A stretch of 64,000 nt of DNA from Vespertiliibacter pulmonis. Lineage in GTDB: Bacteria > Pseudomonadota > Gammaproteobacteria > Enterobacterales > Pasteurellaceae. The translations under genes were made by a program, and so were the position numbers. The DNA is taken from positions 1,124,830-1,188,829 of the forward strand of contig NZ_CP016615.1 of assembly GCF_013377275.1 (NCBI RefSeq), in the 5' to 3' direction. Positions 10,794-21,863 of the stretch are shown piece after piece (the stretch's first letter is position 1; every line of letters begins with the position of its first letter). Below the pieces are notes generated by a model. That model was not told where the DNA came from and made no database searches. It saw only the letters and a program-made list of their open reading frames with translations.

Positions 10794-11678
10794 TTAAATA
10801 ATCCGATTTTCTTTTTCAAAACGAGTAGAAAAAGTAAATACGTTTTCTGCGCAGACATCAATACAACGTCCGCAACTAATACAGTCCTTGGATAACACAA
10901 TTTGGCTATCTTCGGGTTTGCCGTGTAATGGTAAGCGTAATACCTGTGGCTCAGGACAAACATAATAGCAATCCATACAACGGTCACATTTAGCACGATC
11001 GGTTACGCTTACACGGATCATACTTTTACTACTAATTAATCCATAGATTGCACCAATTGGGCAGAGGTGTCCGCACCAACCATGTTCTACGATAAGTAAA
11101 TCGAATAAAAATATGACTAAAACGAGCCAAAGAGTGGCTCCCGTACCGTAAACAAAAATCCGTCCAACAGCAGAAACTGGGTTAATCCATTCCCACAACA
11201 TCGTTCCAGAAATAGCACTACCGACTAGAATCATTGCTAAAATACTATAGCGTAAATTACGAGGCAGTTTAGCTGATTGACGAATACCTAATTTTCGACG
11301 TAGCCAAGCTGCACAATCCGTCACGATATTTACCGGACATATCCAACCACAAAACACTTTGCTAGCCAGTAAGGCATAGATCGTGACAATAATGCCAGCA
11401 CCAAGTAATGTTTGCCATTGTGGCAGATAGCCTGTTGAAAGGCTTTCTGCTGTGACGAGAGGATCAGTTAAAGGAATAAGATCAAATAGCAAGCTAGCGC
11501 TATAATTTCCTTTTAGGATCCAAACATTCCAAAGTGGGCCGCTTAAAAACATCAGAACGACACTGAGTTGGCTGAGTCTGCGTAAAATCAGAAAACGATA
11601 AGCACGCCACCAACCTAATTTTTCTCGAGCCTCTAAACCTGCTTGCTTAGGGTTATTGCTTTTAGGTGCTATTGCCAT
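10794..11678 (-). CDS. napH: Ferredoxin-type membrane protein NapH
   Basis: 294 aa with TM helices and 4Fe-4S CxxCxxC clusters, sitting in the napG–napH position. Confidence 0.85.
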   Translation of the reverse strand: MAIAPKSNNPKQAGLEAREKLGWWRAYRFLILRRLSQLSVVLMFLSGPLWNVWILKGNYSASLLFDLIPLTDPLVTAESLSTGYLPQWQTLLGAGIIVTIYALLASKVFCGWICPVNIVTDCAAWLRRKLGIRQSAKLPRNLRYSILAMILVGSAISGTMLWEWINPVSAVGRIFVYGTGATLWLVLVIFLFDLLIVEHGWCGHLCPIGAIYGLISSKSMIRVSVTDRAKCDRCMDCYYVCPEPQVLRLPLHGKPEDSQIVLSKDCISCGRCIDVCAENVFTFSTRFEKENRII

Positions 11679-12436
11679 TATTGTCTTCCCTCTGGTAAAC
11701 GAGCTGGGAATGATTGGATACCTTCAGGATAATTTTCATCAAGTAGGGAATGGCCCGCTTTCTGTTTTTCATCCCAACCTAAGCGGTAATGTTTTCCAAG
11801 CATTCCTTTTGCTAAATCCATTGGTAGCACTTTAATAGCCGCTTCCTCTAATACGCAAGCCTCTTCACATTTTCCACAACCTGTGCAAGCATCGGAATGA
11901 ACCGTTGGAATGAACTTAGCATGTTTGCCTGATTGTTCATTACGTTGCAATTCCAGAGTAATCGCCTTATCAATAAGTGGGCAGACTCGATAGCAGACAT
12001 CACATCGCAATCCTTGCCAATTTAAGCAAGTTTCATGATCTAATAAGACAGATAGCCCCATTCGTGCATCATCAATATTGGTTAAATTGGGATCTAACGC
12101 ACCGCTTGGACACGCCTTCACACACGGGATATCGGTACACATCTCACAAGGTTTGTCTCGAGCGATAAAATAGGGCGTACCCGCTTCTACCGGTGAGAGC
12201 AATGAAGCTAGATGTAACATGTCGTATGGGCATGCTTGTACACATTGTCCACATCGTACACACGCAGAAGCAAAATCTTTATCATTAGCTAGTGCGCCAG
12301 GTGGCCGTAGCGCAACGCCTTGGCGAGCGAGGCTTTGATTCTGCTGTAATGCGAGTATGATGCCGACACCACATACGCCCCCTGCGGTGCGTGTTGCGTT
12401 TTTTAAAAATTGGCGACGGTTTGTATTCAGTTTCAT
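11678..12436 (-). CDS. napG: Ferredoxin-type periplasmic protein NapG
   Basis: 252 aa with a Tat signal (RRQFLK) and four CxxCxxCxxxCP ferredoxin motifs. Confidence 0.85.
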   Translation of the reverse strand: MKLNTNRRQFLKNATRTAGGVCGVGIILALQQNQSLARQGVALRPPGALANDKDFASACVRCGQCVQACPYDMLHLASLLSPVEAGTPYFIARDKPCEMCTDIPCVKACPSGALDPNLTNIDDARMGLSVLLDHETCLNWQGLRCDVCYRVCPLIDKAITLELQRNEQSGKHAKFIPTVHSDACTGCGKCEEACVLEEAAIKVLPMDLAKGMLGKHYRLGWDEKQKAGHSLLDENYPEGIQSFPARLPEGRQ

Positions 12437-12563
12437 TTCTGTCTGATTAAAGCCTACGTAGTAAGCGGCTAGTTTTTACATTAATTTGCAAAAATTTTGT
12501 AAATCTAACCGCTTATATCATTTACCCGATCATAAAGTAATTTATTGATGAGCCAGTGTATGA

Positions 12564-15059
12564 TTATGCTTTAACAACTTTTACTGCACATTTTTTGTAA
12601 TCGGTCTCTTTCGAGATTGGATCCGTTGCATCAAGTGTGAGTTTATTTGTTAACTGCCCTGCATCAAAGAATGCGGTAAAAATTAAGCCCTCAGGAACTT
12701 TATTTCGGCCTCTCGTATCTAAATGAGAGATCATTTCACCACGGCGGGAAATCACTTTCACTTTATCACCATGGCGTAGGCCACGTTTTTTCGCATCTGT
12801 CGGGTGCATCCAGACAAGGTTATTTGGGAACGCTCGATGGAGTTCTGGAACTCTTCGAGTCATTGTTCCTGTATGCCAATGTTCTAATACACGCCCTGTT
12901 GATAACCATAAATCATATTCTTCATCAGGTGATTCTGCTGGTGGTTCATAAGGAACAGCTAAAATAACCGCACGTTTATCTGGGTAGCCGTAGAAAGCGA
13001 CTTCTTCGCCTGCTTTAACATATGGGTCATATCCTTCACGATAACGCCATTGTGTTTCTTTACCATCAACAACAGGCCAACGTAAGCCACGTGCGTGATG
13101 ATAGGCTTCAAAGTTTGCTAAATCGTGTCCATGTCCACGTCCAAAACTTGCATATTCTTCAAATAAGCCTTTTTGTACATAGAAACCAAAATGTTCTGCT
13201 TCATCGTTAATGTAGCCTGCTTTATCTTTTGGTACATCGAATTTATCTACTTGACCGTTACGGTAAAGCGCTTCATACAATGTTTTGCCTTTGTATTCTG
13301 GGTGTGCAGCTAACACTTCAGCTGGCCACATTTCGTCTGTAGTGAAATATTTAGAAAACTCAATAAGCTGCCAAAGGTCTGATTTTGCTTCACCTGGTGC
13401 TTTAACTTGTTGATACCAGAATTGCGTACGGCGTTCTGCATTACCATATGCTCCCTCTTTTTCGACCCACATTGCGGTTGGAAGAATTAGGTCAGCAGAA
13501 AGTGCAGAAACTGTTGGGTATGGATCAGAGACAACAATGAAATTGCGTTCATCACGCCAGCCTGGCATACGTTCTTCATTGATATTTGGGCCTGCTTGCA
13601 TATTGTTATTACACATTACCCAGTAAGCATTTAGTGTACCGTCTTTTAATGCTCGGTCTTGTGCTACGGCGTGTAAGCCAACTTTAGTTTGAACAACGCC
13701 TTCAGGCACTTTCCATAGTTTTTCTGCTTTTTTAACGTGCTCTGGGTTAGTAACAACCAGATCAGCTGGTAAGCGGTTTGCAAAAGTTCCAACTTCACGA
13801 GCTGTACCACATGCAGATGGCTGACCAGTTAAAGAGAATGGTCCGCAACCTGGCTGTGAAATTTTACCGGTTAATAAATGGATATTGTAAATTAAGTGAT
13901 TTGCCCATACACCACGGGTATGTTGGTTAAAGCCCATTGTCCAGAATGATACGATCTTCAGGTTTGGATCAGCATACATTTTAGCAAGAGATTCAAGTTG
14001 ATCTTTTGGTACGCCCGAAATTTCGTGAGCTTTTTCAAGAGTATAAGGTGAAACTAATTTCTTGAATTCTTCAAAATCACTGTCATACATTTTACCTGCA
14101 GATTTTGCATTTTGCGCTGCTTGTTCTAGAGGATGCGTTCCGCGTAAACCGTAACCAATATCTGTTTCACCACGTTTAAATTTAGTGTGTTTTTGAATAA
14201 AGTCATGGTTGATTGCATCATTTTGAATGAGGTAATTAGCGATATAATTTAAGATTGCTAGATCAGATTGTGGCGTGAAAACAATGCCCAAATCAGCTAA
14301 TTCAAATGAACGATGCTCATAGGTTGAAAGAACTGCAACTTTTGAGTCTTTTTTAGAAAGGCGACGATCAGAAATACGAGACCACAAGATAGGGTGCATT
14401 TCCGCCATATTAGAACCCCAAAGTACGAAAGCATCGGCATTTTCGATGTCATCGTAACAGCCCATTGGTTCATCAATACCGAATGTTCTTAAAAAGGCAA
14501 CTGCAGCCGATGCCATACAGTGGCGGGCATTCGGGTCGATATTATTTGAGCGTAATCCAGCTTTAAATAGTTTAGATTTTGCTACACCTTCAAAGATAGT
14601 TGATTGGCCAGAGGTAAACATACCGATACCATTTGGGCCTTGCTCTTTGATAGCTTTTTTGAATTTCTCAGCCATAATCGTGAAAGCTTGATCCCACGAA
14701 ATAGGTGTAAATTCCCCATTTTTGTTGAATTTTCCGTCCTTCATTCTTAACATAGGTGATGTCAGACGGTCTTTTCCGTACATAATTTTCGGTAAGAAGT
14801 ATCCTTTAATGCAGTTTAAACCACGGTTCACTTCTGCATCTGGATCGCCTTGTGATGCAACAACACGTCCGTCTTGTGTTCCCACAAGTACGCTACAACC
14901 AGTACCGCAGAAACGGCAAGGCGCTTTGTCCCACTTGATCGTGTTATCATCGGCATAGACATTTTTCACAGGAATACTTATTCCTGCTGCGACCGCCGCG
15001 GCAGCTGCCGCATTGGCTTTCATAAAATCTCGACGATTGAGTTTCATAATTTTCCCCAA
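12564..15059 (-). CDS. napA: Periplasmic nitrate reductase catalytic subunit NapA
   Basis: 831 aa with a Tat signal (RRDFMK), the N-terminal CxxCxxxC Fe-S motif and molybdopterin oxidoreductase homology along its length. Confidence 0.95.
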   Translation of the reverse strand: MGKIMKLNRRDFMKANAAAAAAVAAGISIPVKNVYADDNTIKWDKAPCRFCGTGCSVLVGTQDGRVVASQGDPDAEVNRGLNCIKGYFLPKIMYGKDRLTSPMLRMKDGKFNKNGEFTPISWDQAFTIMAEKFKKAIKEQGPNGIGMFTSGQSTIFEGVAKSKLFKAGLRSNNIDPNARHCMASAAVAFLRTFGIDEPMGCYDDIENADAFVLWGSNMAEMHPILWSRISDRRLSKKDSKVAVLSTYEHRSFELADLGIVFTPQSDLAILNYIANYLIQNDAINHDFIQKHTKFKRGETDIGYGLRGTHPLEQAAQNAKSAGKMYDSDFEEFKKLVSPYTLEKAHEISGVPKDQLESLAKMYADPNLKIVSFWTMGFNQHTRGVWANHLIYNIHLLTGKISQPGCGPFSLTGQPSACGTAREVGTFANRLPADLVVTNPEHVKKAEKLWKVPEGVVQTKVGLHAVAQDRALKDGTLNAYWVMCNNNMQAGPNINEERMPGWRDERNFIVVSDPYPTVSALSADLILPTAMWVEKEGAYGNAERRTQFWYQQVKAPGEAKSDLWQLIEFSKYFTTDEMWPAEVLAAHPEYKGKTLYEALYRNGQVDKFDVPKDKAGYINDEAEHFGFYVQKGLFEEYASFGRGHGHDLANFEAYHHARGLRWPVVDGKETQWRYREGYDPYVKAGEEVAFYGYPDKRAVILAVPYEPPAESPDEEYDLWLSTGRVLEHWHTGTMTRRVPELHRAFPNNLVWMHPTDAKKRGLRHGDKVKVISRRGEMISHLDTRGRNKVPEGLIFTAFFDAGQLTNKLTLDATDPISKETDYKKCAVKVVKA

Positions 15060-15088
15060 AGTAAAATAGGTAATTTAAAAATAAAAAA

Positions 15089-15376
15089 TTAAAAAGATTC
15101 GCTTTGTTGGCTATAAATTAAAGAGACAACAATAACACCTTCAATCTCTTTAATGTTATTCATTTGCTCTACTAACGTAGGCTGGAAATCAGATTCGATT
15201 ATTACGATTAATTTCCCTTCTTCAGTCTTTTCACCGTGAATTTCCGTATAAGGCATCGCTTGCAGTACTGTTTTTACGGTTTCTAGCTTTTCTGGTCGAG
15301 CTTGAACAATCAAACTACATACATACCAGTTGCCGTCCTGGTGCTGGTGATTCAGTTTATCGGATACGTTTCTCAT
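15089..15376 (-). CDS. napD: NapA chaperone NapD
   Basis: Aligns with E. coli NapD from NWYVCSLIVQA onward. The tracked ORF extends to 15430, but the ATG at 15376 overlaps the napF TGA in an ATGA arrangement, so the 95-aa form is preferred. Confidence 0.75.
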   Translation of the reverse strand: MRNVSDKLNHQHQDGNWYVCSLIVQARPEKLETVKTVLQAMPYTEIHGEKTEEGKLIVIIESDFQPTLVEQMNNIKEIEGVIVVSLIYSQQSESF

Positions 15377-15903
15377 AAGTGTAAAATTGTAATGCTTTGG
15401 CTTGGGCATGTGCTTAAACACGCTCCGCAACCATTGCAGAGTTCTAACGCTAAAATAGGGCTTGATACTTTCCCAATTTCCCGTTTAAATTTAATTGCTC
15501 TTGCTTCGCAGTTATCTTGGCAAGAGCGACATTCTATACCGTTTTTAGCAAGACAATTTGGCTTTATCTCAATTTTATGTTGCCATGCGTTTTCATCAGT
15601 AGAGCGAAAAATTGGTTCGGGGCAACTTTGAACGCAAGCTTGGCAAAAAGTGCATTCCTGCTTCCCTTGTGTAAAATCTATTTCAGGGTAGCCATTTGCT
15701 CCTTTAATTAATATCTGTGTTTCGCATGCTGTTATACATTGATTACATTGAGTACATTTTTGTAAAAAGTTAGTAATATCAGCCCAAGGTGGATAAATGG
15801 GTTGATATCCTTGCCGCTTTATTTGTTCATTTTTTAATGTGTTTAAAAAACTACCTCGCAAGAAATGTCGACGAGATAGGGCTGTATCAGTTAAACGGCT
15901 CAA
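15373..15903 (-). CDS. napF: Ferredoxin-type protein NapF
   Basis: 176 aa with a Tat-like SRRHFLRG N-terminus and three or four 4Fe-4S motifs. The start is TTG with no clear Shine-Dalgarno sequence. It is the first gene of napFDAGHBC. Confidence 0.8.
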   Translation of the reverse strand: MSRLTDTALSRRHFLRGSFLNTLKNEQIKRQGYQPIYPPWADITNFLQKCTQCNQCITACETQILIKGANGYPEIDFTQGKQECTFCQACVQSCPEPIFRSTDENAWQHKIEIKPNCLAKNGIECRSCQDNCEARAIKFKREIGKVSSPILALELCNGCGACLSTCPSQSITILHL

Positions 15904-15995
15904 AATAGTATAGTAAAAGAGTAGAATATTCTACGACTTATTCTATCATTTTTATTTGCAAGTGAAATTGTTGTGAAACACAATTTGATGGAATG

Positions 15996-16009
15996 TTGAT
16001 GATTGTCAA
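15996..16009. promoter_or_regulatory. Candidate FNR site TTGATgattGTCAA upstream of napF
   Basis: 9 of 10 matches to TTGAT-N4-ATCAA, centred about 100 nt upstream of the napF start. nap operons are FNR-activated in E. coli, which is established knowledge. Confidence 0.45.
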
Positions 16010-16095
16010 AAAAATAGCGATAAAGTGAGTATTTTATCGCTATGTAGTAAGATTTGTTAAGAAATTGTTGTGAATAGTTTGTGTTCCAAGGTTTT

Positions 16096-16221
16096 TTAGC
16101 GCTGACGTGCTTTAAAACGAGGATTAGTTTTACAAATCACATAGAGTTTGCCTTTACGGCGAACAATTTGGCAATCAGGATGGCGTGATTTAGCTGTTTT
16201 AAGTGAGTTTAAAATTTGCAT
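16096..16221 (-). CDS. rpmJ2: 50S ribosomal protein L36 type B (zinc-independent paralogue)
   Basis: My own translation gives [41 protein letters not shown] (41 aa), YkgO-like and lacking the Zn-ribbon cysteines. It was missed by the ORF track because it is under 60 aa. An AGGA sits 7 nt upstream of the start, and the gene lies 9 nt downstream of rpmE2. Confidence 0.75.
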   Translation of the reverse strand: MQILNSLKTAKSRHPDCQIVRRKGKLYVICKTNPRFKARQR

Positions 16222-16230
16222 ATTTTGATC

Positions 16231-16497
16231 CTATTTTTTTGAGGCAATTGAAATGCCTTTAAAGCGTTCATTAAATTTACTTGCACGTCCTTCGCTATTT
16301 GCTTCACGACGTTTACCTGTATAAACCGGATGTGATGCAGATGAAGTATCAAGTGAATAGAGTGGGTATTCTTTACCGTCTGTCCAAACCATTGTTTTTG
16401 TAGTGTTAGCACAAGAACGAATTACCCATCCTTGTTGAGCACCGCTATCATAAAATAATACTTCACGGTAGTTTTCAGGGTGAATCCCTTTTTTCAT
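16231..16497 (-). CDS. rpmE2: 50S ribosomal protein L31 type B (zinc-independent paralogue)
   Basis: 88 aa, [17 protein letters not shown]...HPVYTG, and it lacks the CxxC pairs of type A L31. It matches the YkgM family. Confidence 0.85.
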   Translation of the reverse strand: MKKGIHPENYREVLFYDSGAQQGWVIRSCANTTKTMVWTDGKEYPLYSLDTSSASHPVYTGKRREANSEGRASKFNERFKGISIASKK

Positions 16498-16644
16498 AGA
16501 GTCTCCTTCATTAGAATTCGATAAGATAAAACCATAAATAATATATGGGGATTATTTTACCTAAAAAATAGAAAATAGCTATAATTTTTTTATGGTTTTA
16601 TCAGGTTTAAATGAACAAAGTTGGTTGATAAGAATTTATGCCCT

Positions 16645-17535
16645 TTACCAATCCTGCTTATTAAATTGTTTGAGAAGAAAATCTAATAGTTTGTGTATGG
16701 CAACTGGTTGGTTGTGGCGAGAACTATACATTGCGTAAATGCTCAATTCTGGTAGCTGCCAATCAGTTAAAACTGCTTGTAATTGACCATCTGCAACATA
16801 ATTATTAGTTAAATAACGGGGTAACATTGCAATACCAGAACCAGAAATGGTTGCATTTAATAATGCGATGGCATCATCACAGCTAAAGCGGTTAGTCAAT
16901 TTGTAGTGTTGTTGTTCACCATTAATATAGAAAGTCCATTTATTTTGGTTGATACGAGTATGAGCGAGACAGGTATGAGATATTAATTCTTTGGGGGTTT
17001 TAGGTATGCCATATTGTCTTAAGTAATTTGGGCTAGCAACTAAAGATGATCGACATGAGGAAAGTTTGCGTGCAATTTTTAGTTCATCGGGTTCTTTACA
17101 AATACGAATAGCGAGATCAATTTGATCTTCAACTAAATTGATAGCTTTATCGCTCAAATTCAAATGAATGTTTAGTTTAGGATGAATGGCTAAAAATTGG
17201 TTTATTACATTGGTAAGATGAGTTGATCCAAAAGAGACACTTGAGGCAATCTGTAATGTGCCTCGTAGTTCTCCCGTTTGAATAGTTAGCTCATTCTCCA
17301 TTGATTGAGTTAAATTGACAATTTTTTGACAAAAAATGACCGCTTGTTTACCTGATTCTGTCAGAGTGATGTGGCGAGTTGTGCGGTGAAATAATTGAGT
17401 ATTTAGCCAGTTTTCAATCAAGGCAATATGGCGAGTAACCATTGGGCGTGAAAGTTCTAATTTTTCTGCAGCAGCACTGAAGCTACCTATTTCAGCAACA
17501 GTTAAAAAAACGTTGATTGCGGTTAATCTATCCAT
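16645..17535 (-). CDS. LysR-family transcriptional regulator
   Basis: 296 aa with an N-terminal HTH (FLTVAEIGSFSAAAEKLELSRPMVTRHIALIE) and a LysR substrate-binding domain. It is divergent from the MBL-fold gene. Confidence 0.85.
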   Translation of the reverse strand: MDRLTAINVFLTVAEIGSFSAAAEKLELSRPMVTRHIALIENWLNTQLFHRTTRHITLTESGKQAVIFCQKIVNLTQSMENELTIQTGELRGTLQIASSVSFGSTHLTNVINQFLAIHPKLNIHLNLSDKAINLVEDQIDLAIRICKEPDELKIARKLSSCRSSLVASPNYLRQYGIPKTPKELISHTCLAHTRINQNKWTFYINGEQQHYKLTNRFSCDDAIALLNATISGSGIAMLPRYLTNNYVADGQLQAVLTDWQLPELSIYAMYSSRHNQPVAIHKLLDFLLKQFNKQDW

Positions 17536-17659
17536 ATGAGGCTTTTATTGTTTCAATTTAAGAAATAATGATGTTCAGAAACCGCAGTTTATCAGAAAGG
17601 TTATTTCATTATAATGACTATTACTAATTATTACTTAGGATTTGAAACGGGAGCATTTA

Positions 17660-18510
17660 TGAAATTTAAAACATTATTATTTAGTACATTATTTGCAATG
17701 AGTACACAGGCTAAATTAAACCTTCAAATTTATAATGCAGATACTAATAGTTTTTCAGTTAATTCTACCTTAATTACAGGTGAAAAAGAGGCGATTGTTA
17801 TTGATTCGGGATTTACACGTGCAGATGCTTTACGGATTGCTAGCAACGTTTTAGATAGTGGAAAAACACTAAAAGTTATTTTTATAAGCCAAGCTGATCC
17901 CGATTATTATTTTGGCGCTGAAATGTTAAAACAGATTTTTCCTGATGCTAAATTGGTTTCAACACCGGCAGTAGTTGCAGAAATTAAACATAAATTGGCA
18001 GCTAAATTAGCCTTTTGGAGCGAAAAAATGGGCAATAATGCCCCAAAAAATTCGATTATTCCTGAAATATTAGCATCAGATCAACTTAGTATTGAAGGTG
18101 AAATAATTGAGATTAGAGGGACTAAAGGAATATTAGCAAACCGTCCATATTTATGGATACCATCGCTAAAAACGATTACTGGTAATGTAAGTGTGTACGG
18201 CAATATGCATGTATGGACGGCAGATTCACAATCTAAAATAGAGCGTGATGCGTGGATTGCGCAATTAGATGAGATGAAAGCACTCAAGCCTAAGCGAGTT
18301 ATACCTGGACATATGGCAAAGAATACTCTTTTGACTGTAGAAGCTATCACTTTCACAAAGCATTATTTACAAATGTTTGAGAAAGCGTTGGCAAAAGGAA
18401 AAAATAGCCAGCAGGTTATTCAATATATGGAAAAATATTATCCGAATTTGCCTGATAAAAGTAGTTTAGACTTAGGGGCGAAAGTCAATAAAGGTGAGAT
18501 GAAATGGTAA
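17660..18510 (+). CDS. Secreted MBL-fold (metallo-beta-lactamase superfamily) protein with degenerate metal-binding motif
   Basis: Has a signal peptide (MKFKTLLFSTLFAMSTQA) and a GGGAG ribosome-binding site 8 nt upstream. The MBL beta-strand AIVIDSGFT is present, but the HxHxDH position reads SQADPD. The tracked ORF begins further upstream at 17614. Confidence 0.5.
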
Positions 18511-18620
18511 ATTAAAAATAATATTTTGAGATCTGACCGCTTGTATTGTGTCTATCAATTTATCCTTGGGTCTAAATATGATAGGCTAGCTAATAGTCTT
18601 TTTATTCTTTGGGATATATT

Positions 18621-19295
18621 ATGTCTAAACAACAATTTTTAATTGCACCTTCAATTTTATCTGCAGATTTAGCCCGTTTAGGTGATGATGTGCGTGATGT
18701 ATTAAATGCAGGAGCAGATCTAATTCATTTTGATGTAATGGATAATCATTATGTACCTAATTTGACCTTTGGGCCAGCAGTGTGTAAAGCGTTGCGTGAT
18801 TATGGAATTGATTGCCCGATTGATGTGCATTTAATGGTGAAACCAGTGGATCGTTTAATTCCTGATTTTGCACAGGCTGGGGCAAATATTATTACTTTTC
18901 ACCCTGAAGCAAGTGAGCATATTGATCGTTCTTTACAGCTGATTCGAGATAATGGTTGTCAATCAGGATTAGTATTCAACCCAGCAACACCATTGAGCTA
19001 TTTGGACTATGTAATGGATAAAATTGATGTGATTTTGTTGATGTCTGTGAATCCAGGTTTTGGCGGACAAGCCTTTATCCCGAGTACATTAGATAAATTG
19101 CGTGAAGTTCGCCGCCGTATTGATGAAAGTGGGCGTGATATTCGTTTAGAAGTTGATGGTGGCGTTAAAGTTAATAATATTGCAGAAATAGCGAGAGCTG
19201 GAGCAGATATGTTTGTAGCAGGCTCTGCGATTTTTGATCAGCCTGATTATCAAGCGGTGATCGCACAAATGCGTTCAGCACTGGCGGAAGTTTAA
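18621..19295 (+). CDS. rpe: Ribulose-phosphate 3-epimerase
   Basis: Near-identical motif set to E. coli Rpe ([29 protein letters not shown]). An ATG at 18621 matches the E. coli N-terminus, whereas the tracked ORF starts at a TTG at 18609. Confidence 0.9.
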   Translation: MSKQQFLIAPSILSADLARLGDDVRDVLNAGADLIHFDVMDNHYVPNLTFGPAVCKALRDYGIDCPIDVHLMVKPVDRLIPDFAQAGANIITFHPEASEHIDRSLQLIRDNGCQSGLVFNPATPLSYLDYVMDKIDVILLMSVNPGFGGQAFIPSTLDKLREVRRRIDESGRDIRLEVDGGVKVNNIAEIARAGADMFVAGSAIFDQPDYQAVIAQMRSALAEV

Positions 19296-19332
19296 GTCGT
19301 AAGCGGTTAGATTAACTGAAAATTTTTCAAAA

Positions 19333-19376
19333 ACACAAAGCAATATGTTGAATTTAAAATAGTGCTTTGTGTTTTA
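19333..19376. terminator. Hairpin plus T-run between convergent rpe and cysE
   Basis: acacaaagca ... tgctttgtgt forms a 10-bp stem followed by ttttatt. Confidence 0.4.
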
Positions 19377-19390
19377 TTATTGGGAGAATT

Positions 19391-20191
19391 TTATTTTTCT
19401 TCGATTGAAGAAGCAAAGTATTGGTTCATTTCAACAGCAGGTTTCTGAGTGTGGGAATGCCCAATAATACGAGCGGGTACGCCAGCAGCTGTGGTATATT
19501 CAGGTACAGCTTGTAAAACGACTGAATTTGCCCCAATTTTTGAGTAACGCCCGATTTCTATGTTCCCTAATATTTTTGCACCAGCCCCAATCATTACACC
19601 TTGACGAATTTTCGGGTGGCGATCGCCGTGTTCTTTGCCTGTTCCACCTAAAGTTACTCCTTGTAATATTGAGACTTCATCTTCAATTACTGATGTTTCA
19701 CCAACAACAATACCTGTGGCGTGATCTAACATAATACTGCAACCAATTTGGGCTGCGGGGTGAATATCGACATCAAAGGCGACTGAAATTTCATTTTGTA
19801 AGTAAATAGCAAGAGCTTGGCGACCTTGTTGCCATAAATGATGGGTAACACGGTAGCTTTGTAAGGCATGAAAGCCTTTGAGATAAAGGAGTGGTGTACT
19901 CCATTTATCAATAGCTGGATCTCTTGTTATCACGGCATCTATATCACAAGCTGCACTGTGAATCATTAGGGGATCAGCTTGGTGAGCCTCTTCAATAATT
20001 TCTTTTAGGGCAATAGCAGGCATAATTTCATTTGCGAGTTTATTGGCTAAAATATAACTTAGTGCATCACCCAAATGAGCGTGTTTAAGAATGGTGGCGT
20101 GAAAAAAACTGGCAAGTATAGGCTCACTCTGAGCGAGTTGTGCCGTTTCGAGCCGAATTTTTTGCCATATTTGATCAGTTTTCTGTGTCAT
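19391..20191 (-). CDS. cysE: Serine O-acetyltransferase
   Basis: 266 aa with the SATase N-terminal domain and hexapeptide-repeat C-terminus, showing high similarity to CysE. Confidence 0.9.
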   Translation of the reverse strand: MTQKTDQIWQKIRLETAQLAQSEPILASFFHATILKHAHLGDALSYILANKLANEIMPAIALKEIIEEAHQADPLMIHSAACDIDAVITRDPAIDKWSTPLLYLKGFHALQSYRVTHHLWQQGRQALAIYLQNEISVAFDVDIHPAAQIGCSIMLDHATGIVVGETSVIEDEVSILQGVTLGGTGKEHGDRHPKIRQGVMIGAGAKILGNIEIGRYSKIGANSVVLQAVPEYTTAAGVPARIIGHSHTQKPAVEMNQYFASSIEEK

Positions 20192-20271
20192 TGATACTAT
20201 TATATTACCTTGTTTATACGTTATTGTGGTTATTTTAGGCGCTGCAAACTTTCTGTAGATCTTACCGCTTG

Positions 20272-21282
20272 TTATTCACTTTTTCGTTCTCTACCTAGCA
20301 AAGTTGCCACAACATCTTTGACTTTTTTCCCACAAAAAAGTATTTGGTAGATTTGTTCTACAATAGGCATTTCAACTTGCTGTTTATGAGCAAGTAAAAA
20401 TGCTTCTTTGGTGTTATGAAAACCTTCGACTACTTGTCCGATTTCCGCTAGCGCATCTTCAGGAGATTTGCCTTGCCCAAGCATTAGGCCAAAACGGCGG
20501 TTGCGAGATTGGTTGTCGGTGCAGGTGAGAACAAGATCGCCAAGCCCAGCCATTCCCATAAAGGTTGTTGGATTTGCTCCAAGAGATATGCCCAAACGGC
20601 TAATTTCAGCAAGCCCTCGAGTAATAAGCGCAGTGCGAGCGTTTGCTCCAAAGCCCATTCCATCTGAAATACCTGCACCAATTGCGATTACATTTTTAAT
20701 TGCTCCGCCTAATTGAACGCCGATCATATCTTGGTTTAGATAGACTCGAAAACTTTTAGTACAATGAATTCGTTGTTGCATTTGATCTGCAAAATGTAGA
20801 TCTGTGGAAGCTAAAGTAATAGCCGTTGGTAAGCCAATCGCTAATTCTTTGGCAAAAGTAGGCCCTGAAAGTACAGCAAGCGGGTAGTTATCACCTAAAA
20901 TTTGTCGTGCAACATCTTGTAATAGTTGCCCTGTATTACGTTCAAGCCCTTTTGTTGCCCACATAATACGGTGATCTGGGCGTAATAGCGGTTTGATTTC
21001 CCATAAAATGTCACTAAAAACGTGGCTTGGTACGACAATTAAAATATCGTTTACATTTGCAAGTGTCTGGGTTAAATCATTTTCAATTTCAAGGGCGTTA
21101 GGAAACAGAATGTCAGGTAGAAATTCATTATTTTGACGCTGTTCGGCAAGTTTTGCCATTTTCTCTGGATTATGCCCCCAAAGATAGGTTTTATCACCTT
21201 TGCGAGCAAGGGCAATAGCAAGAGCAGTGCCGTAAGAGCCAGCGCCAAGAACAGCTATTGGGGCGGTGTAAGTTGTTTGCAT
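20272..21282 (-). CDS. gpsA: NAD(P)H-dependent glycerol-3-phosphate dehydrogenase
   Basis: Rossmann motif [12 protein letters not shown] and full-length GpsA similarity. The start is placed at MQTTYT, whereas the tracked ORF extends 13 codons further upstream. Confidence 0.9.
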   Translation of the reverse strand: MQTTYTAPIAVLGAGSYGTALAIALARKGDKTYLWGHNPEKMAKLAEQRQNNEFLPDILFPNALEIENDLTQTLANVNDILIVVPSHVFSDILWEIKPLLRPDHRIMWATKGLERNTGQLLQDVARQILGDNYPLAVLSGPTFAKELAIGLPTAITLASTDLHFADQMQQRIHCTKSFRVYLNQDMIGVQLGGAIKNVIAIGAGISDGMGFGANARTALITRGLAEISRLGISLGANPTTFMGMAGLGDLVLTCTDNQSRNRRFGLMLGQGKSPEDALAEIGQVVEGFHNTKEAFLLAHKQQVEMPIVEQIYQILFCGKKVKDVVATLLGRERKSE

Positions 21283-21344
21283 AATGCGATTATAAAGATG
21301 AAAAATAGGTATGAACATCATACCTATTTTTAAATATAATCCAA

Positions 21345-21851
21345 TTAGTTTGGACGTGTTTCTGTTTCTTGAGCCGCTTCAGTTTCTTGTTGGCGTTCTA
21401 AATAATCAACGAAGAGCGCATCAAAATTGACAGGAGAAAGATTTAATGCAGGGAATGTGCCACGATTGACTAAACTTGCAATTAACTCACGCGCGTATGG
21501 GTAAAGCACTTCTGGACATTTTGATGCGAGACAATGTGCTAATTGAATTCCATCAATGCCTGTAATAGTAAATACCCCAGCTTGTTTTACTTCACAGATA
21601 AAAGCAACGTCATTGCTATCTTCTAATGTTGTTTGAACATTAATATGCAGGGTAACTTCATATGTATCTTCACTGACTTGAACTGTTTCGGTATCTAATT
21701 CAAAGCCAAGCTGTGGTTTCCATTCTTGGTGGAAAATAGTTGGCAGGTTTGGTGCTTCAAATGAAACATCTTTGATGTAGATACGCTGAATTTGCATTTC
21801 AAAAGGTATTTGAGCCTCTTCTGTCGTTGCTACTTGATTTTCTTCAGTCAT
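21345..21851 (-). CDS. secB: Protein-export chaperone SecB
   Basis: 168 aa with an acidic C-terminal tail and similarity to SecB. Confidence 0.9.
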   Translation of the reverse strand: MTEENQVATTEEAQIPFEMQIQRIYIKDVSFEAPNLPTIFHQEWKPQLGFELDTETVQVSEDTYEVTLHINVQTTLEDSNDVAFICEVKQAGVFTITGIDGIQLAHCLASKCPEVLYPYARELIASLVNRGTFPALNLSPVNFDALFVDYLERQQETEAAQETETRPN

Positions 21852-21863
21852 AATGAATCCTTA

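Noticed and set aside
16530-16560. Partial palindrome ccataaataatatatgg upstream of rpmE2, considered as a Zur box.
   Set aside because: It matches the GTTATAATATAAC-type Zur consensus poorly and would not pass a position weight matrix threshold. It is mentioned only as the best local candidate.
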